Origin: Chthoniobacteraceae bacterium
GTDB taxonomy: Bacteria > Verrucomicrobiota > Verrucomicrobiia > Chthoniobacterales > Chthoniobacteraceae
DNA length: 64,000 bases
Direction: 5' to 3'
NCBI GenBank assembly: GCA_037190965.1
Contig: JBBCKI010000002.1
Span: 1-64,000, forward strand
In this document: positions 1-8,726 of the stretch, piece after piece
How the letters are laid out: each line of letters begins with the position of its first letter
How positions within the stretch are numbered: position 1 is the stretch's first letter
Made by a program: the position numbers and the translations under genes
Notes under the pieces: generated by a model
Told to the model about the DNA's origin: nothing
Database searches by the model: none
The model's input: only the letters and a program-made list of their open reading frames with translations

Positions 1-242
1 TCTGGGTTTACCTCATCCTGAAAGGCAAACAGTCAGAGGGATGCTGAGCAGGAGTAAGGATCGCCGAGTGTGAATGCGGAGTCCATGGGTTGGCAGTCGT
101 GTCGAACGGATTGCCGCCACCGTGATTGAAAGCAGACGAAGGGTCCTTTTTGTCATTTTTCCAGAGTAATGATGCGGCGGCAGGTTAAATGCTACTTTCT
201 GTATGTCGATTAAAAAATAGCACATTTCTATAAAATGAAGCC

Positions 243-482
243 TTGCCTTCCCCGTCCGACAATTCCCACAAAATCGCCCGGTGCCTCGGACGCGTGATTC
301 GCCATATCCGAGAGGAAAAGGGTCTCTCGCAGGAGGACTTTGCGGAACTTACGGGCCATCACCGCACTTACATCGGCTTTTTGGAACGCGGGGAGCGCTC
401 TCCGAATGTTGAAACAGTTCAACGCATCGCTCGGGCTGTGGGGCTAAATGCCTCAGATCTTTTGAAGGAAGCGGGGTTTTGA
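243..482 (+). CDS. XRE-family (HTH_3, C-protein-like) transcriptional regulator
   Basis: IREEKGLSQEDFAELTGHHRTYIGFLERGERSPNVETVQRIARA is a typical XRE HTH. TTG start preceded by an AT-rich segment with TATAAAAT; start uncertain. Confidence 0.9.
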   Translation: MPSPSDNSHKIARCLGRVIRHIREEKGLSQEDFAELTGHHRTYIGFLERGERSPNVETVQRIARAVGLNASDLLKEAGF

Positions 483-484
483 CT

Positions 485-1090
485 AAAAGGAAGGACCAAG
501 AATTAGTCCTCCCTGAAAAGGCCCTTAAACCCGCACGGGTATAACCGAGCGGGGCCGGAGGGGTGAACAGGAGGTATAGGGAGCGCGAGCCAAAAAGATG
601 CCGCCCCCGCACATACGCCTGCGGATGTTTCATACCCGCAACTACCAGGAGGTGTTTGATCCGGTCTTCGGCAAATCCTCCGAGGAAACTGATACGGGCT
701 TCCTTCAAGGAAGCAAAACGGTGGATACATGCGAACTCTCCCTTGAATGAGCGAATAAATCGCTCCCGGAGGCCGGTTTTGCTCCGGTGTATATGGAGCG
801 GTGAATTTCTGAATAATGCGGTAGCCTTTGACGAAGGCCCAATGGAGCTTGGAGCCAAAACCTGGCGACTGTCATGCCGTAGAGTTGAACCGCGAGGAGC
901 CCCATGGAGCCAGCCGAAGCAGGTCAAAACTGTTTCCCCCAAGGCCCTCTCTGCGGTCTTTGCGCAGGCGGTAGACTCCGTGCCCTTGCGGCGGCCAAGG
1001 AAACTTCAAATTATCTCAAACCAAACTTCAGTGGAACTACCTCAATTTGAAGGCCTTGTACCGTTCAACCAAGAGCTTTGTGTATCGCCC
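485..1090 (+). ncRNA. Putative structured non-coding RNA upstream of the RT gene (boundaries and strand approximate)
   Basis: Dense run of hairpins (492-510, 676-686, 698-714, 749-765, 766-776, 781-799, 824-838, 963-990, 996-1058) plus a long-range 7-bp pair, 884-890 GTTGAAC with 1063-1069 GTTCAAC. No credible protein; lies directly 5' of an RT gene. Confidence 0.55.
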
Positions 1091-1136
1091 TGAACTCACA
1101 GCTTGCGTTGCTAATTTTTTTATTAAAAATGAGTCT

Positions 1137-4100
1137 ATGTTAGTAAAAGACCAGTGGCATGAGCGCAACGAAGCGGTTGATCGAGCAAGGCGGGAAATAG
1201 ACATCGTTGAAATTGCAGAGGATCTAGGTATTCGGGTCATTGGCCGGAGTAGCTCCCAACCGAAAGCATTGTGTCCGTTCCACGAGGACCGGACGCCATC
1301 TCTCGTCTTCTATAGAGGTCAAGAAAGTAATCAATATCATTGCTTCGCCTGCGCTGCGCATGGAGATATTTTTGATTTGATAAAGCAAAGCCACGACTGT
1401 GATTTCGCAGGCGCTCTACAATGGCTTGTTGAAAAAAAAGGACTCGTGCTACCGTCCCGGCGAAGTAATGGACAGGAAAGCTTTTCCGATCCGCGCAGGT
1501 ACGGATTATTCGTAGCATATCAAATTTATCGAAAGGAGTCGCGTCAAGAAAAGGCAGGTTGTGCCGAGTTTGCCGCTCTTCGTGGGTTCACCCAAGAGTT
1601 TTTACATAAGGCTGAGGTTTTCTATGCAGGATCTCTAAAGCTTTCAAACGGAGACAATTCATCAGATAGGGAAATCTCTGACGCATTGGAGGCTGCGGGA
1701 CTTCTCGTTCGCAAGCGAAATCAGCAGCCAAGCTCTGGAGCAGGCACTCTCCCGCTCAATCTTCCTCCTCGGGACTTTTTTTGGTCTCCGCGTGTTCTTT
1801 TCACTATACGTGACGATAAGGGGAATGTCGCAGGATTTGTAGGACGATCGCTTCGAGAAGACGATACTCCAAAGTATCTGTTTTCACCCGGATTTCAGCG
1901 CAGCAAGACGTTGTATCGATTTGATAAGGTTCAGAAAAGTCTACTAGAAACCACCGCCCCAGTAGGGGACACCGTAGAGCTTTTCATTGTCGAGGGTCTT
2001 CTAGATGCCCTCCGATTAGAATCCCTAGGCTTGAATTGTGTCGCAATTTTTGGCTCACATATAACAGATGATCAGGCAAACGCCGTGGCGCGGCTTGCAA
2101 CTCGGCTCGAAAGTAAAGGAATTCAACTTGCTGTACATCTCTTCCTTGATGCAGACAACGCCGGTTTACGTGGTTCAATTGCCTCGGTCGCTGCCTTACT
2201 AGTGAAATCAGCGGCAACCACCGGCTTCATGGTTGATGTAATTGCTCCGCCAAGCCAAGAGGGAAAACGCGATCCCGATGATATACTTCGATCGATTCAA
2301 AATCGTGAAGAAGCGCTGCAACTGCTTTATGCCTGGTGTTATTCTCCGATGGCAGCGACACTGGCATTTGCAATTGAAGAAGGCCCCGCTGAAATTGAAC
2401 GCCGTTTCAGCCAACTACCGCCCAGTCGTCAAATGCGAGCTTTTCGGGAGGTGGAGCGAAGACTGGACCGGACCCAATGGCGTTTAATTTTTGAGCGATT
2501 AAGCCCATTTTCGCGCTGGCGTGGAATAAACGGGGGAGAAGATGCAGAACAGCCCTGGCACAGTCGTATTCGCGCCTTCTTGACAGCTTCCGCAGAACAG
2601 CCTCGGCCAACGCTTGATTTAGGAAAGGCGCCTGAAAAGGATGAGGAAAATAAGTTGAATCATGCGTTGGTAGTCGCACGATCGAGCACACAACGACGAG
2701 AACTACCTGTGGATGAAGGCAGTTGGGACAGGCTTAATGCCGGTATCGACGTGACCATTCCCTATTTAAGCCAATTACTTAAAGAAGGGGCGGCGCTAGA
2801 CGAGCCAATGATTGCTGTACGAGTTCCGAAGCCAAACGGAAAATTCCGTCTAAAGGCACTCCCGTGCCCTGAATTTCTTACGATGCAGCAGTTTGTACTC
2901 AACGAACTGCTGCGTGACTACGCTGAAAGCCCCCGCTTTCGTGAATGGATTCCCGCTGTGCGATATACAACTCAAGTTGATGGAGGTATATGCGAAACGA
3001 CGGGGGGACTGAATTCCTGCGGAATCTCAGAGACCGTGAGTTTTGCATACCAGATAGATATGGACGTGGTTTCAGGCCGTATCCCGCCGCGTCGAGAAGG
3101 TATGTTCCGCCCGTACTTTGCCTGTTGGAAAGACTTCATCGATTTTATCGATAGGCGTGTCCGTGCCTGTAGAAGCGAGATTTATCACGTAGCAAGATTG
3201 GACGTTCGCAGCTTTTACGACACCCTCCATCGTTCCGCAGTCATTGACGCCATCCTGCCCGCGGTTCGAAATGGGCTACGCGAGCTTTCAGATGCAACGG
3301 AAAACGGCGCCCTCAACTGCGCTAAGCTCTTTGCTCCTGATGTCATTGATCCTGACCAGCGAGCTGGAAGGCTGGTCGATTGGCTTTGCGACCAGAGTTT
3401 TAACTATGAGTACGAGAACCCCCGTAGTGGAAAACTAGACAAAAATAGTCAAGGCATACCGCAAGGGCCAGATTTGTCCGCGTTTTTAGCGAATATTGCA
3501 CTTTTCCCTCTCGACTTCGCATTGCGATCAATGGTTGAGCAACTTGATCTTCGCCAGCAAAAGGCAACCGGAGAGAATGCGAGGCGCGGTGCCGTATACG
3601 CGAGATATGTCGACGACATCGTTATCGTTGCGCTTACCGCGAAAGATTTGGCCGAAATGAGGGCAGCCATCGAAGAGCAACTTGCCCGGATCGGTCTTGA
3701 TCTTAGCCCCAAGATTGGGCCACTGCCGGCTATGACTGAAGGCCAGCTGCGGGACTGGCTGACGGATAAGCGAGGTGCGGCACTTGGTGCATCAGGACCA
3801 TTTGCTGGACCACCTGCAAACGAACCCCTCGGAATCTGTGAACCTCTTGGAGATGCCGGCGAAATCGATCGCGGAAAGTCGCTACTCCTTCTTCATGACT
3901 CACGCCTTGATCCGCCAGACACGAACGCCTATTTACTTCTCGAGGCGGTCTCCAATGCACGACGCAGTGTTGACCTTAGGCATGGCGACCTTTCCAAAGC
4001 GGCTGCACTATTGTGGCGAGCGGCGCTTACTATCTCTGAAGATCCAGATCCGAATGGCTCGCCGAGACACGTCGCACAACGTTTTGAGAAATTATGGAAT

Positions 4101-7100
4101 CATACTTCACCTTGCAGTGGTGATTCGGGGGAATCTTACGGCGATGGAGGGAGGGCTGGGAATACCTTCCTAAATCTGCTATTTTGGCTTGACGGGTTGC
4201 ATAAAATCCTTACGTCCCGCTTGGATCGCTCGCCGGCACTTTCTAGTTCCCAGCATGAACGGATAGACAAACTTCGGAGAACGGTTGCGAAACTGGTTCA
4301 GGGTGGATTGTGCGATGAATTATCAATGTTCATTCCAAGTACCGTAATCGCCGAGCATCAACATATGCTCGATTTACGCCGTCTTGCTGTTTTCGCTGCT
4401 GCAAGTGAAACCGATCCAGATCCGTCAGTTTCCTGTATTCCCTGGATGCAAGGAATCCCTTCGGATTCGAAGGCTCGAATGGCTATTTCAATTGCTTGCG
4501 CACATAAGAGTGTTGATTTACTAACAAGGAGTTTTCACCACGACGAACAGCTCAACAGCCGAATTCTCTATCACGAGTCGATTGCCCGTCTAATCATTTC
4601 AGAGAGGTTATGCTCGGCCTCTTCAGACGCTGCGACAAATACAGGCGCTAGTGAGACGCCTGCTATTGATCCGTTGGAGCCAATTCGTAAACGGCTCGAA
4701 AGCCTCATGCGGGCTGAGCAAATCGGCGCGGGTTCCGTTCTACTAAGTATTCTGAATCTTTGGATTCCCGGCGTTGAATATACTGCTGAAGACCATCCAT
4801 GTGCCGCTGATGCAGTGGCGGCCCTTGCCCAGCTAGCGCCCACAAATTTTCAACAGTTACTAAGTCGACGAGAGCCTCTTTCACGCGCGGTTCTGGGCGG
4901 CAGTCTCACTTGGCCCGGACGAACCGTGCCAGTTCCTCCTGGCTTAGATGTCCCAGGATTAATTGGAATCAGAAGTGATGGGGAGGAAGTGACTCAAGTG
5001 GACATGCGAGGCGGTGATGTCGGATTTTATCCTCAAGATCTTGTATGGAATAGCTGTCCCATCTCGGATGAGAGACTGCAGTGGAAACGATCTGTGGCTC
5101 CTTTCACTGGACGTCAGTTATTGAAGCCACTGGATCGTGGTGACTGTAGAGCATCGAAGATGTTGCCTTGGGTTGCCGCCGCATTCCGTAGCTTAGCTGC
5201 GACCTATGATAGGAATGCGACTACCTCGTGCCCTCCGACGGCCGAAAACTTGATAGGGCCTGATCTGGATGAGCCTTTGCCCGCCGAGGCGAAGTGGGAG
5301 ATACTCGGATTTCAAGTTTCGAATAGTCGTTTGAGTGGATTTGCATTTATTCGTCGGGGGCGACGCGGGTTAGTGCCGGAGCGAGTTACAGAGTGTGATG
5401 ATTATCTTTGGCGAATAGGTACTGCGCTAGCCGATCGGCTCGGACGGATCGAATGCAGCGATTGTCTTCTTCAAATGCGATTTTTGGCTCAAGCGCATGT
5501 AGTGCATAACGATTCGGATTGGGCGGCAGAGGCGATGTTACGCTTTAGTCTATGTCGCCTCCGTGGCCGATCGATGCCACCGCATCCGCTGGCGAGATTG
5601 CAAGGCTCAAGTTTACCCGCCACGGTCGAGCGCGTGCTTCGCCGGATGGAGCAGTTTCCGGCCAGTACAGATGGGCTTGAGATTCAGCGAATGGCTCACT
5701 TGGTCGCTACCATTGCCGAAGGTCGTGCGATGAGAACGCGGCTTACACCGTCACTTGACTACACGGTTTCTGGTGGTGCTGCAGCGCTTCTTATTGATCT
5801 CGTTCGACCTTTATTCGGCTATGATGAGGAGTTAGCTGAGCGGCTTCCAAAGGTTTCTTCAAATCTGCCCTCCTGGGCTCCGTTGCGTCGTCCATCCCTC
5901 GCATGGTTATGTACGGCTTGGAGGTTTGAGGCATTGCTTGAAGATGACCCTCAGCAAAAGGAAGATCTCACCTTGCCTGCAATTGTGGCTGGCACGTTAC
6001 TTCTTGCAATTGAGTCGCAATTACGGGCGCAGGTGCTCGAACTCTGGGCTCTAACCGAAGTTCCGGTTAGGCTTAAATTGTGTGATTCATTGCCGTCATG
6101 TAATCCGGGATTGCTTCTACATCGTAAGCAGGAAGGCAAGGAGGCTTCTGAGTCAAATGAAGGCAACATCCAGTTTCTCTACCGAAAACTTTGCGATTCA
6201 ACAATGGCTGGATCGGCGGTAGGCGGAGATCTTTCGGAGGTTACAGTCTTGGGTTGGTCTGTGCTGCTGGAGTTCCTAATGCGTAGGAAGATTCGTAATC
6301 CCGAAGTTATTTCGGACATTGACGGGTTGTTTGAGAAATTGAACAAATTCCTAGGTACCGAGCTGGACCAAGGCGACGATTTTCCGTGGGGCGGCCTATC
6401 CCCAATTATAGCCGCTTGTAATGCCGTAGTTATTGAAAAAATATTTAAGGATTTGGGGCGGGTCGATCTTGCCACTGGAATTCGCGTCGAGTCAAAAGAA
6501 GCGCCACAGTTTGTCTTATCCCCGCGCCGTGGAGGGTCGGTGGATATAAGTATTCCAAGTGGCTCGCTTCGCCTCGAGTCATGGAGGATTCTATTGGCCA
6601 GTGTCCGGAATGAACCAACCAATGGAACTGAGTGCTTTTGGAACGAGCGGGACGATTGTTTTTGGCATCGCTGGTCTGAAACATGGCTAGAAGATCGGCT
6701 TGTTTCAATTGGAGTCATTCGTCCTCGGATGGCTTCACTTGCCAGCATTCCTTTTGGCGCTGTTTTGGATAAGCTGCATCAAGCCGGATATGCCACAAGA
6801 ACAGAAGCGCTCACGTTCGTAGCGCCTCCGATGAAGCGTTCGGATAGGGTATCAATTTCGGGCGGGGATTTGATCGGAATACCAGCGCATAACGGCGTGA
6901 CCGAGATCGCTGAGGCACCGAAAGTCACTGATTCGGCGGAACCGGCGCCAGCGGCAACCAGTAACACATCAGTCGACGATCCCGTATCCGCCAGTTCCCG
7001 GATATGGGATTCCCAAGAGGCTTTCGCTAGAATTGAACAAATTAAGACAGCAAGCTGGAGAAGGCGCAGTCGAAGATCGCCTCGTCATGCCCGCGTGGCA

Positions 7101-8621
7101 TTCTTCCAATGGAATGTTGACGATAGTTATCGACATCCAGTTTACGAGGCATGCGCGGTAAGAGGCGAACAGGCCGACAGGGCCAAAAAAGCGAAAGGCT
7201 CTAGACAGGAACCTGGGTCTCCTGAAATTTGGGATTCATATGGAAATCATGAGAGCTGCGCCGAACACCGTAGGCGCAAGTTACTTACTGCAGCTCTAAA
7301 AGCCTGCAAAGAGTTTGAAGCCGATATTCTTGTACTCCCTGAGTACTCAATTCGTGCTGATACAGCCGTATGGCTGAAAGATCAACTCGCCACATTGGCT
7401 CCGGAGACCTCTATTTGGGCTGGAACCTACCGTAACGCAGCAGGGAGTTTACTGAATCTTAGTGATAGCATCAAGGTGCCAGAATGGGGTGCAGTAATGC
7501 CAATTCTACTAAGAAGAAAAGGAGAAGACGGCCCGACGGAGGTGAGTTATCGTCTAAAAAAATACCCATCTGTAGCAGCGAAGGAACTAATTTATCCGTG
7601 GCGTAGTGCGATCAAACCTATGTTTAATCCGTTGGATGCAAGGTTCGATCCGCGTGCTTATGTCTCGGAGCTTATCTGTTCCGAGGCGTTTTTACTTACC
7701 AGCCCTATCAACCATATTGCAATGGCAAGGGAGTATGGAAAAATGTCCCAGCGATTTGGATTTCCCGGGGTATCGATAAGTGACCTTGAAGAGCAGGTCA
7801 AAACTGATATCACGGCCTTTTCAAAAGCGACATCTTTGAGCGAATCCATTACCCCTCCAAGACTCATTTTACTGGTGCCGGCGATGACAACGCGGACCGC
7901 CGATTATTCGATTATGGGGCAAGCTGGCTTTCTAGCGGCTGGTATCACCACCGTTTTCTGTAGTGCAGCAGGCGGTTCTCTGCGTGGGGAGAGTTGTGTA
8001 ATTGGCCATGATGGTTGGGGCCGTGAGGCACAAGATGAAAGAGGAATGCCAAAGAGGGGTCCTTATCATGGAGTAAGCCCCGGAATCTTCGATCCCAAGG
8101 ATTTGCCCAATCACGGGAAGCTTGGAATGAAAGAACAGGCTCTTGTCATAGCAGATATCGATCCAGTTTATTCAATAGAAGGGAAGCCGCGCCCGCAGAT
8201 GCTTCCACCACCATTGGAGCTTGTTGCTCATTTGCCGGTGATTGAATCTTGGATTTCAGATCGAGATGCCTACTGCGTTTGTGACAATGTTAAAAATAGA
8301 ACATCTGAAATTGAATCCGTAGTCCGATTGCTTTTAGACACTCTTGAGAAAGAAGGGGTTATATCAAATTCCGCCGTTCATAGAGAACCGAAAAAGTTAG
8401 TTGATGTTCTGAAGAAGCTAGCTGATTTGGTTGGAAAAAAAGACGGCGAAGGGCATTGGTTACATCGTCGTGCCGAGGCTTATCAAAGCGAGCATGCAGC
8501 GACTCCAAGTCCATGGCCTCCGCCATGCGCAGTGGACTGGCTTTGGGTCGACGTGGGTGACCAAGCAACCGTTGCCTATCCTAAAATCGAAATCCCACCG
8601 TATTCGAACACGCCATCCTGA
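1137..8621 (+). CDS. Giant fusion: DnaG-like primase (CHC2 ZnF + TOPRIM) - reverse transcriptase - unassigned middle - nitrilase/carbon-nitrogen hydrolase (UG/Abi, DRT-like RT)
   Basis: CPFHxDxxPS..CFAC (1272-1352). TOPRIM IVEGLLDA (E at 1992) and LDAD (2148-2156). RT motifs PKPNGKFR, LDVRSFYD, GIPQG (3453), YARYVDD (YVDD 3606-3617). Nitrilase LPEYS (E 7341), KKYPS (~7557-7562), LICSE (C 7677). ATG at 1137 preferred over TTG at 1047. Confidence 0.92.
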   Translation: MLVKDQWHERNEAVDRARREIDIVEIAEDLGIRVIGRSSSQPKALCPFHEDRTPSLVFYRGQESNQYHCFACAAHGDIFDLIKQSHDCDFAGALQWLVEKKGLVLPSRRSNGQESFSDPRRYGLFVAYQIYRKESRQEKAGCAEFAALRGFTQEFLHKAEVFYAGSLKLSNGDNSSDREISDALEAAGLLVRKRNQQPSSGAGTLPLNLPPRDFFWSPRVLFTIRDDKGNVAGFVGRSLREDDTPKYLFSPGFQRSKTLYRFDKVQKSLLETTAPVGDTVELFIVEGLLDALRLESLGLNCVAIFGSHITDDQANAVARLATRLESKGIQLAVHLFLDADNAGLRGSIASVAALLVKSAATTGFMVDVIAPPSQEGKRDPDDILRSIQNREEALQLLYAWCYSPMAATLAFAIEEGPAEIERRFSQLPPSRQMRAFREVERRLDRTQWRLIFERLSPFSRWRGINGGEDAEQPWHSRIRAFLTASAEQPRPTLDLGKAPEKDEENKLNHALVVARSSTQRRELPVDEGSWDRLNAGIDVTIPYLSQLLKEGAALDEPMIAVRVPKPNGKFRLKALPCPEFLTMQQFVLNELLRDYAESPRFREWIPAVRYTTQVDGGICETTGGLNSCGISETVSFAYQIDMDVVSGRIPPRREGMFRPYFACWKDFIDFIDRRVRACRSEIYHVARLDVRSFYDTLHRSAVIDAILPAVRNGLRELSDATENGALNCAKLFAPDVIDPDQRAGRLVDWLCDQSFNYEYENPRSGKLDKNSQGIPQGPDLSAFLANIALFPLDFALRSMVEQLDLRQQKATGENARRGAVYARYVDDIVIVALTAKDLAEMRAAIEEQLARIGLDLSPKIGPLPAMTEGQLRDWLTDKRGAALGASGPFAGPPANEPLGICEPLGDAGEIDRGKSLLLLHDSRLDPPDTNAYLLLEAVSNARRSVDLRHGDLSKAAALLWRAALTISEDPDPNGSPRHVAQRFEKLWNHTSPCSGDSGESYGDGGRAGNTFLNLLFWLDGLHKILTSRLDRSPALSSSQHERIDKLRRTVAKLVQGGLCDELSMFIPSTVIAEHQHMLDLRRLAVFAAASETDPDPSVSCIPWMQGIPSDSKARMAISIACAHKSVDLLTRSFHHDEQLNSRILYHESIARLIISERLCSASSDAATNTGASETPAIDPLEPIRKRLESLMRAEQIGAGSVLLSILNLWIPGVEYTAEDHPCAADAVAALAQLAPTNFQQLLSRREPLSRAVLGGSLTWPGRTVPVPPGLDVPGLIGIRSDGEEVTQVDMRGGDVGFYPQDLVWNSCPISDERLQWKRSVAPFTGRQLLKPLDRGDCRASKMLPWVAAAFRSLAATYDRNATTSCPPTAENLIGPDLDEPLPAEAKWEILGFQVSNSRLSGFAFIRRGRRGLVPERVTECDDYLWRIGTALADRLGRIECSDCLLQMRFLAQAHVVHNDSDWAAEAMLRFSLCRLRGRSMPPHPLARLQGSSLPATVERVLRRMEQFPASTDGLEIQRMAHLVATIAEGRAMRTRLTPSLDYTVSGGAAALLIDLVRPLFGYDEELAERLPKVSSNLPSWAPLRRPSLAWLCTAWRFEALLEDDPQQKEDLTLPAIVAGTLLLAIESQLRAQVLELWALTEVPVRLKLCDSLPSCNPGLLLHRKQEGKEASESNEGNIQFLYRKLCDSTMAGSAVGGDLSEVTVLGWSVLLEFLMRRKIRNPEVISDIDGLFEKLNKFLGTELDQGDDFPWGGLSPIIAACNAVVIEKIFKDLGRVDLATGIRVESKEAPQFVLSPRRGGSVDISIPSGSLRLESWRILLASVRNEPTNGTECFWNERDDCFWHRWSETWLEDRLVSIGVIRPRMASLASIPFGAVLDKLHQAGYATRTEALTFVAPPMKRSDRVSISGGDLIGIPAHNGVTEIAEAPKVTDSAEPAPAATSNTSVDDPVSASSRIWDSQEAFARIEQIKTASWRRRSRRSPRHARVAFFQWNVDDSYRHPVYEACAVRGEQADRAKKAKGSRQEPGSPEIWDSYGNHESCAEHRRRKLLTAALKACKEFEADILVLPEYSIRADTAVWLKDQLATLAPETSIWAGTYRNAAGSLLNLSDSIKVPEWGAVMPILLRRKGEDGPTEVSYRLKKYPSVAAKELIYPWRSAIKPMFNPLDARFDPRAYVSELICSEAFLLTSPINHIAMAREYGKMSQRFGFPGVSISDLEEQVKTDITAFSKATSLSESITPPRLILLVPAMTTRTADYSIMGQAGFLAAGITTVFCSAAGGSLRGESCVIGHDGWGREAQDERGMPKRGPYHGVSPGIFDPKDLPNHGKLGMKEQALVIADIDPVYSIEGKPRPQMLPPPLELVAHLPVIESWISDRDAYCVCDNVKNRTSEIESVVRLLLDTLEKEGVISNSAVHREPKKLVDVLKKLADLVGKKDGEGHWLHRRAEAYQSEHAATPSPWPPPCAVDWLWVDVGDQATVAYPKIEIPPYSNTPS

Positions 8622-8726
8622 CTAGATGACATTGGTCTGTTCTAGGCCTGCACTTCCGCTTGAGGGGAAATTAGATTCAGTGTGTCACTTAAAAAGTGAC
8701 TTCGGCAATGAACAAGCTGAAAGCTA

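Noticed and set aside
13..225. 70-aa minus-strand ORF at the left edge
   Set aside because: No recognisable family, and too little context to judge.
485..1060. Frequent GGA motifs suggesting a CsrA/Rsm-sponge sRNA
   Set aside because: About 18 GGA in ~580 nt is close to expectation for this composition, and many sit in stems rather than loops.
563..1093. 176-aa plus-strand ORF (and 197-aa minus-strand ORF 349-942) across the RT upstream region
   Set aside because: Arg/Pro/Cys-rich with no recognisable motif, and each overlaps a neighbouring ORF as called. The hairpin density is better explained by RNA structure. Not formally excluded.
1047..1136. TTG start for the giant ORF
   Set aside because: It lies inside the 996-1058 hairpin and adds 30 residues crossing an AT-rich tract. 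ATG 1137 gives a normal DnaG-like N-terminus.
1137..2400. Housekeeping dnaG
   Set aside because: The primase is fused in frame to an RT inside an accessory island and lacks the usual rpsU/rpoD context.
485..8621. Group II intron, retron, DGR or CRISPR-associated RT interpretation
   Set aside because: No domain V/VI-like 3' end or maturase layout, no template/variable repeat pair, no cas1 or CRISPR array seen, and no retron VTG signature recognised. The C-terminal nitrilase points to UG/Abi-type RTs.
8684..8700. GTCACTT-aaa-AAGTGAC hairpin between the RT and HEPN stop codons
   Set aside because: Weak AT-rich stem without a clear U-tract; insufficient to call a terminator or ncRNA.
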